Positions 8,692 to 17,993 of a stretch of DNA of 32,000 bases are shown here, piece by piece; position 1 is the first letter of the stretch, and each line of letters starts with the position of its first letter. Both the position numbers and the translations under genes were made by a program. The notes under the pieces were generated by a model, which saw nothing but the letters and a program-made list of their open reading frames with translations, did no database searches and was not told the DNA's origin. The stretch spans positions 1,428,525 through 1,460,524 of the forward strand of contig NC_011297.1 in NCBI RefSeq assembly GCF_000020965.1, given 5' to 3'. The DNA is from Dictyoglomus thermophilum H-6-12 (GTDB lineage: Bacteria; Dictyoglomota; Dictyoglomia; Dictyoglomales; Dictyoglomaceae).

Positions 8692-9891
8692 TTATAAGCC
8701 CAAAAACTTCGTAGCCTTCTTAAAAACAGGTAAAGACAACAAATTTTCAAGAAGAGTACGTGTCACAACTATCTGAGTGAACATTGAAAGAGCTACACCA
8801 AGAGATAATGTCACAGCAAAACCTCTTATAGGACCCGTCCCAAAATAGAATAAAATCAACGCCGCAAGTATAGTAGTTACGTTACTATCAATAATAGCTC
8901 TCAAGGCATTTCTAAAACCAGCATCAAGAGAAGCCATAGGAGTCTTCTTCTGTGCATATTCTTCTCTCATTCTTGTAAATATTAGACAATTTGCATCAAC
9001 GGCCATACCGATTGAGAGGATAATTCCTGCAATACCAGGAAGAGTCAAAGTAGCATTCAGTAACTTCAACACAGCAAGATCAAGAATCACATAAATCAAT
9101 AATGCTATATCCGCTACTAAACCTAAAAATCTAAATACGAGTATCATAAATATTACTACAAGAATAGCTCCAATAACTCCTGCCTTATATGCAGCCTCCA
9201 TAGTATCTTTACCAAGAGTAGGATCAATAGTCCTATTTTCTATCACTTTTACAGGTACAGGAAGAGCACCTGCTCTCAAAAGAATTGCAAGCTTCTGAGC
9301 CTCATCAATAGTAAATCTACCTGTAATTACTCCTGTTCCTTCAGTTATAGGTTCTTTAATTACAGGATTTGATATCACTTTTCCATCAAGTACTATAAAT
9401 ACCTGTTTTCCTACATTCTTGGAGGTAAAATCTGCAAAAATTTTTGCTCCTTCAGGATTCATTTCTACCCTTACCATAGGTTGCCCTACTTGATCAAACT
9501 CAACCTTAGCGCTTTTAAGGGCAGAACCTGTAAGAATAGTCTTTCCTGTTTCATCCTTAAATTCTAAAAGAGCAGTCTGTCCTATAATTTCAAGAGCCCT
9601 TTCTGGATCTTTTATACCAGGAAGCTCCACTACAATTTTGTCACTTCCTTCTTTATATATGGAAGGTTCGGTAACTCCCAACTGATCTATACGATTTCTT
9701 ATAACCTCTATAGTCCTTCTTACAGCATCATCAGTAATTTCTACTCCTTCAGCCTTTTGACACTGTAAAGTTACCCTTATACCGCCTCTTATATCCAAAC
9801 CATATCTAAATGGGACAGTAAGAAGCACCCATATAGCAATTCCTAAGAGAACTACTATAAAGGCTGTTTTAATTTCTGGTCTTATATTCAT
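8692..9891 (-). CDS. secD: protein translocase subunit SecD
   Basis: Contains GLDIRGG, a periplasmic domain, and the C-terminal TM bundle with GMAVDANCLIFTRMREE. Confidence 0.9.
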   Translation of the reverse strand: MNIRPEIKTAFIVVLLGIAIWVLLTVPFRYGLDIRGGIRVTLQCQKAEGVEITDDAVRRTIEVIRNRIDQLGVTEPSIYKEGSDKIVVELPGIKDPERALEIIGQTALLEFKDETGKTILTGSALKSAKVEFDQVGQPMVRVEMNPEGAKIFADFTSKNVGKQVFIVLDGKVISNPVIKEPITEGTGVITGRFTIDEAQKLAILLRAGALPVPVKVIENRTIDPTLGKDTMEAAYKAGVIGAILVVIFMILVFRFLGLVADIALLIYVILDLAVLKLLNATLTLPGIAGIILSIGMAVDANCLIFTRMREEYAQKKTPMASLDAGFRNALRAIIDSNVTTILAALILFYFGTGPIRGFAVTLSLGVALSMFTQIVVTRTLLENLLSLPVFKKATKFLGL

Positions 9892-9915
9892 AAATCTTCC
9901 ATCTCTCCTTTCTCT

Positions 9916-10194
9916 TTAATCTTTCAAAGGATAAGCAACACCTTCGAGAAGCATCTCAAAAACAACACCTTTTGCAAAAGCAACTTGTATAGTTTTTTTC
10001 TGCTTATTAATTGCAACTATCTGCCCTATCAATCCCCCCTTTGTAACAATCTTATCTCCAACCTTCAAAGAGTCGAGCATTTCTTGTCTTCTTTTTGCCT
10101 CTCTCTTTTGAGGAATAACTAGAATAAAATAAAAAACAGCTAAAAATACTCCCCAAACCAAAATTATACTTATTAGATTAACAGCCTGTTCCAT
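9916..10194 (-). CDS. yajC: preprotein translocase subunit YajC
   Basis: A 92-aa single-TM protein with [29 protein letters not shown], the typical YajC core. The SD AAGGAGG lies upstream. Its position between tgt and secD matches the conserved gene order. Confidence 0.85.
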
Positions 10195-11339
10195 ACTTCC
10201 TCCTTCTCCAATCTATTTTCTCGATCATTTGCCAAGTACTGAGTTAAAAACTCTTTCTTAAATTCCTCCAACCTCCCTTCCCTAATACTTCTTCTAACAT
10301 CCTCCATTAATCTAAAAAGAAATCTTAGATTATGAATAGTTAAAAGTCTATAAGAAAAAGTCTCATGCTGCAAAAATAAATGCCTAATGTAGGCCTTAGT
10401 GAATCTCCTACACGTATAACAATCACAATCTTCCTCAAGAGGAGAAAAATCCTCTTTATATTGTGCATTTTTTATATTCCTTCTCCCTGTTTTAGTGTAA
10501 AAAACACCATGCCTCGCAAGTCTTGTAGGTAAGACACAATCAAACATATCTATCCCCATAGAAACTCCCATCACTAAATCCTCTGGAGCTCCAACTCCCA
10601 TGAGATATCTTGGTTTTTCTTCAGGAAGCAAACTCACTGTATAATCTGTTATCTCATACATTTTATCTTTTGGTTCTCCTACGCTTATTCCCCCAAGAGC
10701 AAAACCTGGAAGTTCCATATCAAGCATTCTTTCAACTGCCTCTTTTCTCAACTCTCTATAAAATCCACCTTGAATAATTCCAAAAAGGAGTTGAGTCTCC
10801 ATATTATTATTCTTTTTGTAATCTATACTCCTTTTAAGCCATCTCAGAGTAATCTCAAGAGCCTCTTTGGTTTCCCAATAAGAAGCTCCGTATCCTAGAC
10901 ATATATCTAAAGGCATTATAATATCAGACCCAAGAGCCTTCTGCACCTCCATAACAAGTTCAGGGGTAAAAAAATACTGACTTCCATCAATGTGAGAGTT
11001 AAAATATATACCATCCTCTTCAATCTTTCTTAATCTTGCAAGACTAAATACCTGATATCCTCCACTATCGGTAAGAATGGGTTTATCCCAACCTATAAAT
11101 CTATGAAGTCCACCACCCTTTTTAATAATCTCTTGACCTGGTCTTAAGAAAAGATGATATGTATTAGAAAGGATTATTTCTGCCCCAACCTCTTCTACTT
11201 CCTCTGGAGAAAGGGTTTTTACTGCTCCTTGGGTGCCTACAGGCATAAAAACAGGAGTATTAACTTCTCCATGAAAAGTCTTAAGTCTACCTAATCTTGC
11301 TCTTGTATTTTTATCTCTTTGGATAACTTCAAAACTCAT
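10173..11339 (-). CDS. tgt: queuine tRNA-ribosyltransferase Tgt
   Basis: Carries [24 protein letters not shown] and the zinc motif [18 protein letters not shown] place the start at the ATG at 11339 (MSFEV...), which follows GAGGTGGAAA. The track's upstream start at 11351 is a TTG inside that SD. Confidence 0.92.
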
Positions 11340-11347
11340 TTTCCACC

Positions 11348-12367
11348 TCAATAGATAAACATAGCATCCCCAAAACTATAAAATCTCATTCTCTCCTCAA
11401 TAGCTTTGTTATAAGCCTTTTTCATAAGATCATACCCCATAAAGGCAGCCACAAGCATAAGTAAAGTGGACTTAGGAAGATGAAAGTTAGTTATCAATCC
11501 ATCTATTATCTTAAACTCAAATCCGGGATATATAAAAAGATCTACAAGACCAGATCCAGGTTCTACCTTACCAGATCTTCCTTGAGCCTCTAACACTCTT
11601 GTTACCGTTGTTCCTACAGCTATAACTCTTCTTCTTTCTTCTTTTGCTTTATTTATTCTTTCTGCCACCTCGTCACTTACCTCAAAATACTCAGGATCTA
11701 ATTTATGTTTAGTGATATCCTCCACTACTACAGGCCTAAAAGTTCCAAGCCCTACATGGAGAGTAATATACAAAATTTCAACACCCATTTCCCCTAAAGT
11801 TTTTAAAAGCTCTTCAGTAAAGTGAAGACCAGCAGTAGGAGCTGCAACAGCACCTTCCTTTTGAGCATAAACAGTTTGATATTTATTAGGATCATCAATA
11901 GGCTTTTTTATGTAGGGAGGGAGAGGTATATTCCCAATTTCTGGAAGAATCTTATCTAAATCTTCCTGAGAAAACTTCAGTACAAAAATCCCTTCCTCAT
12001 TCCTCTCTACAACCTCAGCATAAATATCCTCAAGGAAATGTATTTTCGTACCAATCTTCGCTCTTTTGCCAGGCTTTAATAAGGCCTCATATTTTCCTTC
12101 TCCTATCTTTTTGAGAAGTAAGACCTCTATCTTCGCCCCTGTCTCCTTTTTTCCATAAAGCCTTGCAGGTATTACCTTTGTGTTATTTAAAACCAGTACA
12201 TCTCCAGCCTTCAAATAATTTTTAATCTCCCTAAATATGGTAATATTGATTTCACCAGTTTTCCGGTTTACCAACATCAAACGCGATGTATCCCTTGGCT
12301 CAGCAGGTTCCTGAGCAATTAATTCCTCTGGTAAGTAGTAATCATAATCTGACAATTTTAGTACCAT
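11348..12367 (-). CDS. queA: S-adenosylmethionine:tRNA ribosyltransferase-isomerase QueA
   Basis: The N-terminus [17 protein letters not shown], then [12 protein letters not shown](T)R and a C-terminal [10 protein letters not shown] are hallmark QueA strings. Confidence 0.92.
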
Positions 12368-13449
12368 TTTGCCACCCCTACTCCCTGATAATAAAACTTT
12401 AAGATTTCTTTATAATTATAACCTTTTTCCGCAAGAAATTTTGCTCCCTTTTGAGAAAGACCTACCCCATGACCATTTCCTCTACCTGAAAAGATTATGT
12501 AATCACCATTTATCACTATATCAAATAAAGTACTGGGAAGGTTAAATAAATTTCTAAAAGTTGTTCCCTTAATGTAATAAATTCCTTCGCTACTCTTAAA
12601 GTACATCATATATATCCTACCTGAGCTTGTCTTTTCAAGCTCTATAGAAAAATTTCCACCAATGTTTATATCCGCAGAACTTAACTTATTAATAAATTCA
12701 GAGAAATTTACCGTCCTACTCCAAGTATCATTCAGTAATTCCTCGGAGTCCTTAACACCCTTTAGATAAGGAAGATCTTCTCCCCAAACGTATTTGCAAT
12801 CTTCTGTGAATCCCCCAGAAGAAGAATGAAAAAAAGCCTTTATAGGTTGATTATTATAAACAACTACTTCACCTATAGTTTCCATAACAGCTCTGGTACT
12901 TCTCTCATTTTCCACCCTCATCCCTTTATAAACTTGACAATGGGTAGTGTTACAAAGATCAAATTCTCCATGCTTCCTTTTATTCACTAAAGCATAAGTT
13001 CTAGATGCTACTGCCTGGGCTTTTAAAGCCTCTAAAGGATAAGATGCTGGCATTTCTGAAGGAACTACCGACATTAGATATTCTTCTATGTTCAAAACAT
13101 TTACTAGCCACCCTGAAGGAAGAATCTCAAAATATCCTCTATAATAATTGGAATTATAGTTTACATAATAGCCATCAGGATAAATTCTCAAAGGTAAAGT
13201 TACTCCTAAAATCCCATTATTTGTCTCTATAAAACCAGATCCATTCTTCACTTTAATCTTAACATAACCTTTGCCCTCAACTTTCATGTCGAGAAAATCT
13301 GTAGCCATTCTCCCTACATTTGAAAAATATGCATCTCCATCAATTTTAGCAATACCTATTCTTATCAAAGGAATATCTTGAGAACGAGAGTTATTTATAA
13401 AAATAAAAAGAAAGACTAAAAATAGGGTAATAACAACTTTTCTAAACAT
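12358..13449 (-). CDS. SpoIID/LytB domain-containing protein
   Basis: Has a signal/anchor N-terminus plus EEYLMSVVPSEMPASYPLEALKAQAVASRTYAL, FFHSSSGGFTE and GHGVGLSQKGA. Confidence 0.8.
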   Translation of the reverse strand: MFRKVVITLFLVFLFIFINNSRSQDIPLIRIGIAKIDGDAYFSNVGRMATDFLDMKVEGKGYVKIKVKNGSGFIETNNGILGVTLPLRIYPDGYYVNYNSNYYRGYFEILPSGWLVNVLNIEEYLMSVVPSEMPASYPLEALKAQAVASRTYALVNKRKHGEFDLCNTTHCQVYKGMRVENERSTRAVMETIGEVVVYNNQPIKAFFHSSSGGFTEDCKYVWGEDLPYLKGVKDSEELLNDTWSRTVNFSEFINKLSSADINIGGNFSIELEKTSSGRIYMMYFKSSEGIYYIKGTTFRNLFNLPSTLFDIVINGDYIIFSGRGNGHGVGLSQKGAKFLAEKGYNYKEILKFYYQGVGVAKWY

Positions 13450-13450
13450 A

Positions 13451-13672
13451 CTACTTTCTTAATCGAAGGATTATATTAAGTATAATTGTAAGAAGAAGAC
13501 TTAAAAGAATAGACGTGGTTATTGGAAAATAGAATACAAAATTTTTCTTCTCTATCCTTATATCTCCAGGAAGTCTTCCTAAAAAAGGTATCTTGTCTAT
13601 AAAGACAAAGATTAAACCAAGAATTATCAAGATGATTCCAAAAATTATCAACCATTTCCCCATAAAAGACAT
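13451..13672 (-). CDS. DUF2905 family small membrane protein
   Basis: A 73-aa protein with two hydrophobic helices flanking GRLPGDIRIEKKNFVFYFPITT, as I remember for DUF2905 proteins. Confidence 0.6.
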   Translation of the reverse strand: MSFMGKWLIIFGIILIILGLIFVFIDKIPFLGRLPGDIRIEKKNFVFYFPITTSILLSLLLTIILNIILRLRK

Positions 13673-13678
13673 AAATAT

Positions 13679-14542
13679 CTACCCCCTAATTACTTTTTGA
13701 AACTTTGGAACATTGACAAATTTTATCTCCTTACTCATAATCATTTCTCCATCAAAGCTTATTATAAGTTCATGGTCTGAAACAATCTTAACCTCTCTAC
13801 CTCTATATATTTTAATATGAGGGTTTATAGTATGTTTTCCTACATATACTAAGGGAAAGGTTGCTACTAATTCTAAAGGATGTATTTTTTGAACAATACC
13901 TATATCAAAGTATCCATCCTCAGGATCAGAATTAGGAAGTAATTTCATACCTCCGCCATAATAGGAAGTGTTTCCAAGAGCAATAAGAGTAATTCTACCC
14001 CTCCAAGATACCCCATCAAAGGAAACCTCACATTCTGGATATTTAAAGCCTTTCAAAGTGGTAAAAACTGAAATTATATAACCTTTAAATCCTGTCAAGT
14101 TTAACTTATTTGAATTATAATTTACATCTCCTACAAAGCCAGTACCAGCAATACCTACAAAGTATCTTCCATCAAGAAGCCCCATATCAACTTCCCTTAT
14201 AACTCCATTCTTCAACAATTTTACCGCTCCTCTAAGATCTCTTGGAATTCTATAAGATATAGCAATATCGTTACCCCTTCCCAAGGGAATAATTCCTAAA
14301 ATTCCTCTACCCTTGAGACCATTTACCACTTCATTTATAGTACCATCACCACCTGCTGCAACCACTACATCTGCTCCTTTTTTCAGAGCCTCTTCCACCT
14401 GCCTAATGGTTCCTTCCTTGCCTAAAGTAAACTCAACAGTATAATCAATTTCCTCTTCATTGAGAATTTTAATAAGTTCATTATATTTTTTCTCCGCTTT
14501 TCCGCGGTTTGAGGTTGGATTAAAAAGAATATGGTATTTCAC
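13679..14542 (-). CDS. diacylglycerol kinase-family lipid kinase (YegS/BmrU type)
   Basis: Contains NPTSNRGKA, AAGGDGTINEV and PLGRGND. It starts at GTG, preceded by the SD GGAGGT. Confidence 0.8.
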   Translation of the reverse strand: MKYHILFNPTSNRGKAEKKYNELIKILNEEEIDYTVEFTLGKEGTIRQVEEALKKGADVVVAAGGDGTINEVVNGLKGRGILGIIPLGRGNDIAISYRIPRDLRGAVKLLKNGVIREVDMGLLDGRYFVGIAGTGFVGDVNYNSNKLNLTGFKGYIISVFTTLKGFKYPECEVSFDGVSWRGRITLIALGNTSYYGGGMKLLPNSDPEDGYFDIGIVQKIHPLELVATFPLVYVGKHTINPHIKIYRGREVKIVSDHELIISFDGEMIMSKEIKFVNVPKFQKVIRG

Positions 14543-15087
14543 TTTTTACCTCCTTTATAATATCTATCTTTCTCACTATATATACAACCACAATATTTTT
14601 GTCTATATAGGCCATACTCCTTAGACAAATTAACTCCCTCTCTATAACCCACTCTGAAATCTTCATAGTAAAACTCTATCTTATATTCATTAGCAAGGTA
14701 ATTTGCAATATCCTTAATAAGGTCGTGCCTCTGATAAGGACTCACAAGCATTGTAGTAGAAAAAAGATTAAATCCAAGCTCTTTTGCTTTTTCTACTGTT
14801 TTCTTTAAACGCATATAATAACACACAGGACATCTTTCTTTTTCTCTATAGACTACCTGCCTTATAAACTCTTCAAGAGCATAGTCATCTTCATAAACTA
14901 CCGGTAAATTTTGGTTCTCAGCAAAATCCTTTAGAGTATTTAAACGCATTGAATATTCTGTATAGGGATGAATGTTAGGATTATACCAAAAACCTGTAAC
15001 ATCAAAATTTTTTTCCCTCAATACCTTAAGAGGATAAGTAAGACAAGGAGCACAACAAATATGAATAAAGATTTTCTTATTGGTCAT
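14539..15087 (-). CDS. queH: epoxyqueuosine reductase QueH (DUF208)
   Basis: The N-terminal HICCAPC, the internal CPVCY and the C-terminal YCGC form the cysteine pattern of QueH/DUF208. It shares an operon with tgt and queA. Confidence 0.8.
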   Translation of the reverse strand: MTNKKIFIHICCAPCLTYPLKVLREKNFDVTGFWYNPNIHPYTEYSMRLNTLKDFAENQNLPVVYEDDYALEEFIRQVVYREKERCPVCYYMRLKKTVEKAKELGFNLFSTTMLVSPYQRHDLIKDIANYLANEYKIEFYYEDFRVGYREGVNLSKEYGLYRQKYCGCIYSEKDRYYKGGKK

Positions 15088-16081
15088 GATAATACCTCAT
15101 TATATGAGCTAAACCGAGAGGAGTTATAACTCTTCCCCTTGAAGTCCTCTGAATAAAACCAATTCTTAAAAGATAAGGTTCATATATAGACTCAATAGTT
15201 TCAGGAGACTCATTGAGAACTGCTGCCAGAGTTTTCAACCCCACAGGTCCTCCTGAGAATTTATCTTTTAAAGTAAAAAGAATCTTTCTATCTAACTCAT
15301 CAAGACCATTTTCATCAATACCAATTAATTCAAGAACTTTTTTAGTTTCTGTTAAATCAATATTTTTATTATCCCTTAAATCAACATAATCTTTTATCCT
15401 CTTTAAAATCCTATTTGCAATTCTGGGAACACCTCTTGATCTCTTAGCAACTTCATAAATAGATTCATAGGAAAGATTTAATCCAAGAATTTTTTGGGAT
15501 CTTTCAATAATCTTAACCATCTCTTCATGAGTATAAAAGTCAAGAGTTGCTATAAAGCCAAAACGATCTCTCAGAGGAGTACTAAGCAATGCAGGCCTTG
15601 TGGTTGCACCTATTAGGGTAAAGGGGGGAAGTTTTAGACTCAAAACTTTACCGCCTGGACCCTTTCCAGCCACAATGCTTATACTTCCGTCTTCTAAAGC
15701 AGAATAAAGTATTTCTTCCAAGGAAGGACTTAATCTGTGAATTTCATCTATAAAAATAACTCCCTTCTCTTCAATCCCTGTAAGTAAAGCTATCAAGTCA
15801 CCACTTTTTTGTATTGATGGAGCAGATATCATTTTAATCTGAGTATTTTGTTCTTCTGCTATTATCAAAGCAAGGGTAGTTTTTCCTACGCCGGGAGGTC
15901 CTACAAAAAGAATATGGTCTATGGCTTCCTCTCTTTTTTTAGCAGCATTAATTATTAAAGCTAATCTTTCTTTTATCTTTTCTTGCCCTATAAATTCCGA
16001 TAAACTTTTGGGCCTTAAAGCATTATCAAGAGCTGGCTCTCTTTGTACAATAGAAAAATTAGGAAACTTCTTCATTTTCAT
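15077..16081 (-). CDS. ruvB: Holliday junction branch migration DNA helicase RuvB
   Basis: Contains LRPKSLSEFIGQ, Walker A GPPGVGKTT, Walker B FIDEIHRL, RGVPRIANR, and a winged-helix C-terminus. The start could instead be the ATG at 16075, which has better SD spacing. Confidence 0.95.
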   Translation of the reverse strand: MKMKKFPNFSIVQREPALDNALRPKSLSEFIGQEKIKERLALIINAAKKREEAIDHILFVGPPGVGKTTLALIIAEEQNTQIKMISAPSIQKSGDLIALLTGIEEKGVIFIDEIHRLSPSLEEILYSALEDGSISIVAGKGPGGKVLSLKLPPFTLIGATTRPALLSTPLRDRFGFIATLDFYTHEEMVKIIERSQKILGLNLSYESIYEVAKRSRGVPRIANRILKRIKDYVDLRDNKNIDLTETKKVLELIGIDENGLDELDRKILFTLKDKFSGGPVGLKTLAAVLNESPETIESIYEPYLLRIGFIQRTSRGRVITPLGLAHIMRYYHDQ

Positions 16082-16668
16082 GGCTCCTGAGATAACCTCT
16101 TTAGAGCAAACTTTATAATCTCTTCAAGATTATCTAAACTTTTAAATTCTTTCCTTATATCTCTCATAACCAATTCTATATCCTTCTTATCATATCCTAA
16201 ATTCAAAAGAGCATTTTTTATTACATTTTCTTCGTCATTATAAACCCTCTTAGGAATAACACCTTTTATTTCAAGAAAAATCTTTTGAGCAATCTTCTTT
16301 CCAATTCCAGGTATATTTAAAAGTGTATTCAAATCTTCTTTTTCAAGCACCTCATAAAACTCTTTAGGAGGAAGCGTAGAAACAATCCTTAAAGCAATTT
16401 TTACCCCAACCCCCGTAATATTTTTAAGACTTTCAAACAAATCTCTTTCTTCTTCAGACAAAAAACCAAAAAGCTTTACATTATCTTTCTCTATAACCTC
16501 TGCCACATAGAGCAATACATTATCACCCAATTTTTCATTAAGCTTTAAAGCCAAATTCTTTCCAATATAAATCTTAAAACCAAAAGCTCCTGTATCAACT
16601 ACAACAAAATCTTCAGCTATCCTTAAAAGTTTTCCATAGATATGGTTTAAAAATACCAAAATCAACAA
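16078..16668 (-). CDS. ruvA: Holliday junction DNA helicase RuvA
   Basis: Has an OB-fold N-terminus (IYGKL...VVVDTGAFGFKIYI), two HhH motifs (ITGVGVKIA, IPGIGKKIA), and C-terminal domain III. The track start is a TTG. The in-frame TTG at 16662 has better spacing from the SD GGAAGG, so the 5' end is uncertain by 6 nt. Confidence 0.9.
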   Translation of the reverse strand: MLILVFLNHIYGKLLRIAEDFVVVDTGAFGFKIYIGKNLALKLNEKLGDNVLLYVAEVIEKDNVKLFGFLSEEERDLFESLKNITGVGVKIALRIVSTLPPKEFYEVLEKEDLNTLLNIPGIGKKIAQKIFLEIKGVIPKRVYNDEENVIKNALLNLGYDKKDIELVMRDIRKEFKSLDNLEEIIKFALKRLSQEP

Positions 16669-17138
16669 CCTTCCTGTTTATAAATGTAAGAAATACATAA
16701 AGCTAAAGCATCGGCTACATCATCTGGTTTAGGAATATCTTTTAATTTCAATACTTCTTTTACCATATACTGTACTTGATCTTTAGTAGCCCTACCGTAA
16801 CCTACCACCGAGAGTTTTACCTCAAGAGGAGTTAATATGGAAACCTCCCTCTGATGTTGTTGAGCTGCAAGAATTATAACACCCTGCGCCTGTCCTATAC
16901 TGATGGCAGTCTTGATATTTTTATTGAAAAAAACCTCTTCCATTACAACAGCATCGGGATTGTATAAATCTAAAAGAGAAGAGACTTGATCAAATAAATA
17001 ATTCAATCTCCTTCCAATACTCCAATTGGAAGGAGTAGTCAAAGCTCCATACTCAATTACAGCTATTTTGTCATCCTCTTTATTCAAAATGCCATAACCT
17101 GTTATTGCTGTTCCAGGATCAAACCCTATAACAATCAT
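16662..17138 (-). CDS. ruvC: crossover junction endodeoxyribonuclease RuvC
   Basis: Contains IIGFDPGTAITGYG, MEEVFF and DDVADALALC, the RuvC catalytic acidic residues. Length is 158 aa. Confidence 0.92.
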   Translation of the reverse strand: MIVIGFDPGTAITGYGILNKEDDKIAVIEYGALTTPSNWSIGRRLNYLFDQVSSLLDLYNPDAVVMEEVFFNKNIKTAISIGQAQGVIILAAQQHQREVSILTPLEVKLSVVGYGRATKDQVQYMVKEVLKLKDIPKPDDVADALALCISYIYKQEGC

Positions 17139-17888
17139 CTATGAGAGAGACTGCAAAATTTCATCGGGTATATCAAAATTAGCATAAGTCTTTTGCACAT
17201 CATCATGATCTTCAAGCTCTTCCATAAGTTTTAGAACCTTTTCAGCGTCGGGCCCATCTACAGGTACTACATTCTTAGGAACTTTTGTTACCTCAGCTTG
17301 GGTAATTTTATATCCCTTTTCCTCAAGTACATTCTTTACCTCAGAAAAGTTTTCAGGACTTGTTATAATCTCAACACTATCTCCGCTTATCTGCACATCT
17401 TCAGCCCCAGCCTCAAGAGCATCCGCTATCAATTGATCTTCATCTTTTACACTCTCTTTTTCAATGAATATACTCCCTTTATCCTCAAAAATCCAAGCAA
17501 CACAGCCTGCCTCTCCAAGGCTTCCTCCATGTTTAGTAAATATCCTTCTTATCTCAGCCGCAGTTCTATTTTTATTATCCGTAACCACCTCTACCATTAT
17601 TGCAACTCCGCCAGGTCCATATCCCTCATAGGTTACTTCCTCATAAGCAACCCCAGGAATAGCTCCTATTCCCCTCATTATAGCCTTCTCTATATTTTCT
17701 TTAGGCATATTTGCCTCTTTAGCCCTTTCAATGGCAGCTCTCAAACGAGGATTAGTCTCAGGATTTCCTCCACCATGTTTTGCTGCTATTATAATTTCCT
17801 TACTCAATTGAGAGAAAAGTTTACCCTTTTTAGCATCCGCTGCTGCCTTTCTATGTTTAATATTTGCCCACTTAGAGTGTCCTGACAT
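17139..17888 (-). CDS. yebC: YebC/PmpR family DNA-binding transcriptional regulator
   Basis: The N-terminus [25 protein letters not shown] is near-invariant in the family. The SD AAGGAGG lies upstream. Confidence 0.92.
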   Translation of the reverse strand: MSGHSKWANIKHRKAAADAKKGKLFSQLSKEIIIAAKHGGGNPETNPRLRAAIERAKEANMPKENIEKAIMRGIGAIPGVAYEEVTYEGYGPGGVAIMVEVVTDNKNRTAAEIRRIFTKHGGSLGEAGCVAWIFEDKGSIFIEKESVKDEDQLIADALEAGAEDVQISGDSVEIITSPENFSEVKNVLEEKGYKITQAEVTKVPKNVVPVDGPDAEKVLKLMEELEDHDDVQKTYANFDIPDEILQSLS

Positions 17889-17934
17889 TATTCCGCCTCC
17901 TTCTTAAGTCAAAGATTTGCTATGTTTCATAAGC

Positions 17935-17963
17935 ATTCTACAACATTTTATTAAGTTTGACAA
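17935..17963 (-). promoter_or_regulatory. candidate promoter of the yebC-...-recJ transcription unit (TTGTCA-17 nt-TAGAAT)
   Basis: The minus strand reads TTGTCAaacttaataaaatgttgTAGAAT. This predicts a leader of about 40 nt ending in AAGGAGGcggaataATG. Confidence 0.5.
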
Positions 17964-17985
17964 GAATAGCACTTTTAATTAAACT
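17957..17985 (+). promoter_or_regulatory. candidate promoter of the HAD gene (TTGACA-17 nt-TAAACT)
   Basis: A consensus -35, a 17-nt spacer and a TAnnnT -10, followed by 8 nt to the ATG at 17994 with no SD. Its -35 overlaps the -35 of the divergent yebC promoter. Confidence 0.5.
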
Positions 17986-17993
17986 ATCTTACT

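Noticed and set aside
11340-11351. Upstream TTG start for tgt as implied by the ORF track (MRWKM...)
   Set aside because: The TTG sits inside the sequence GAGGTGGAAA, which is better read as the SD for the ATG at 11339. Tgt homologues start near MSFEV-type sequences.
17298-17885. 195-aa plus-strand ORF, long enough to look like a gene
   Set aside because: It is antisense to the highly conserved yebC gene. It is S/F/L/I/Y-rich with no recognisable motif, which is the typical mirror image of a K/E/A-rich coding strand.
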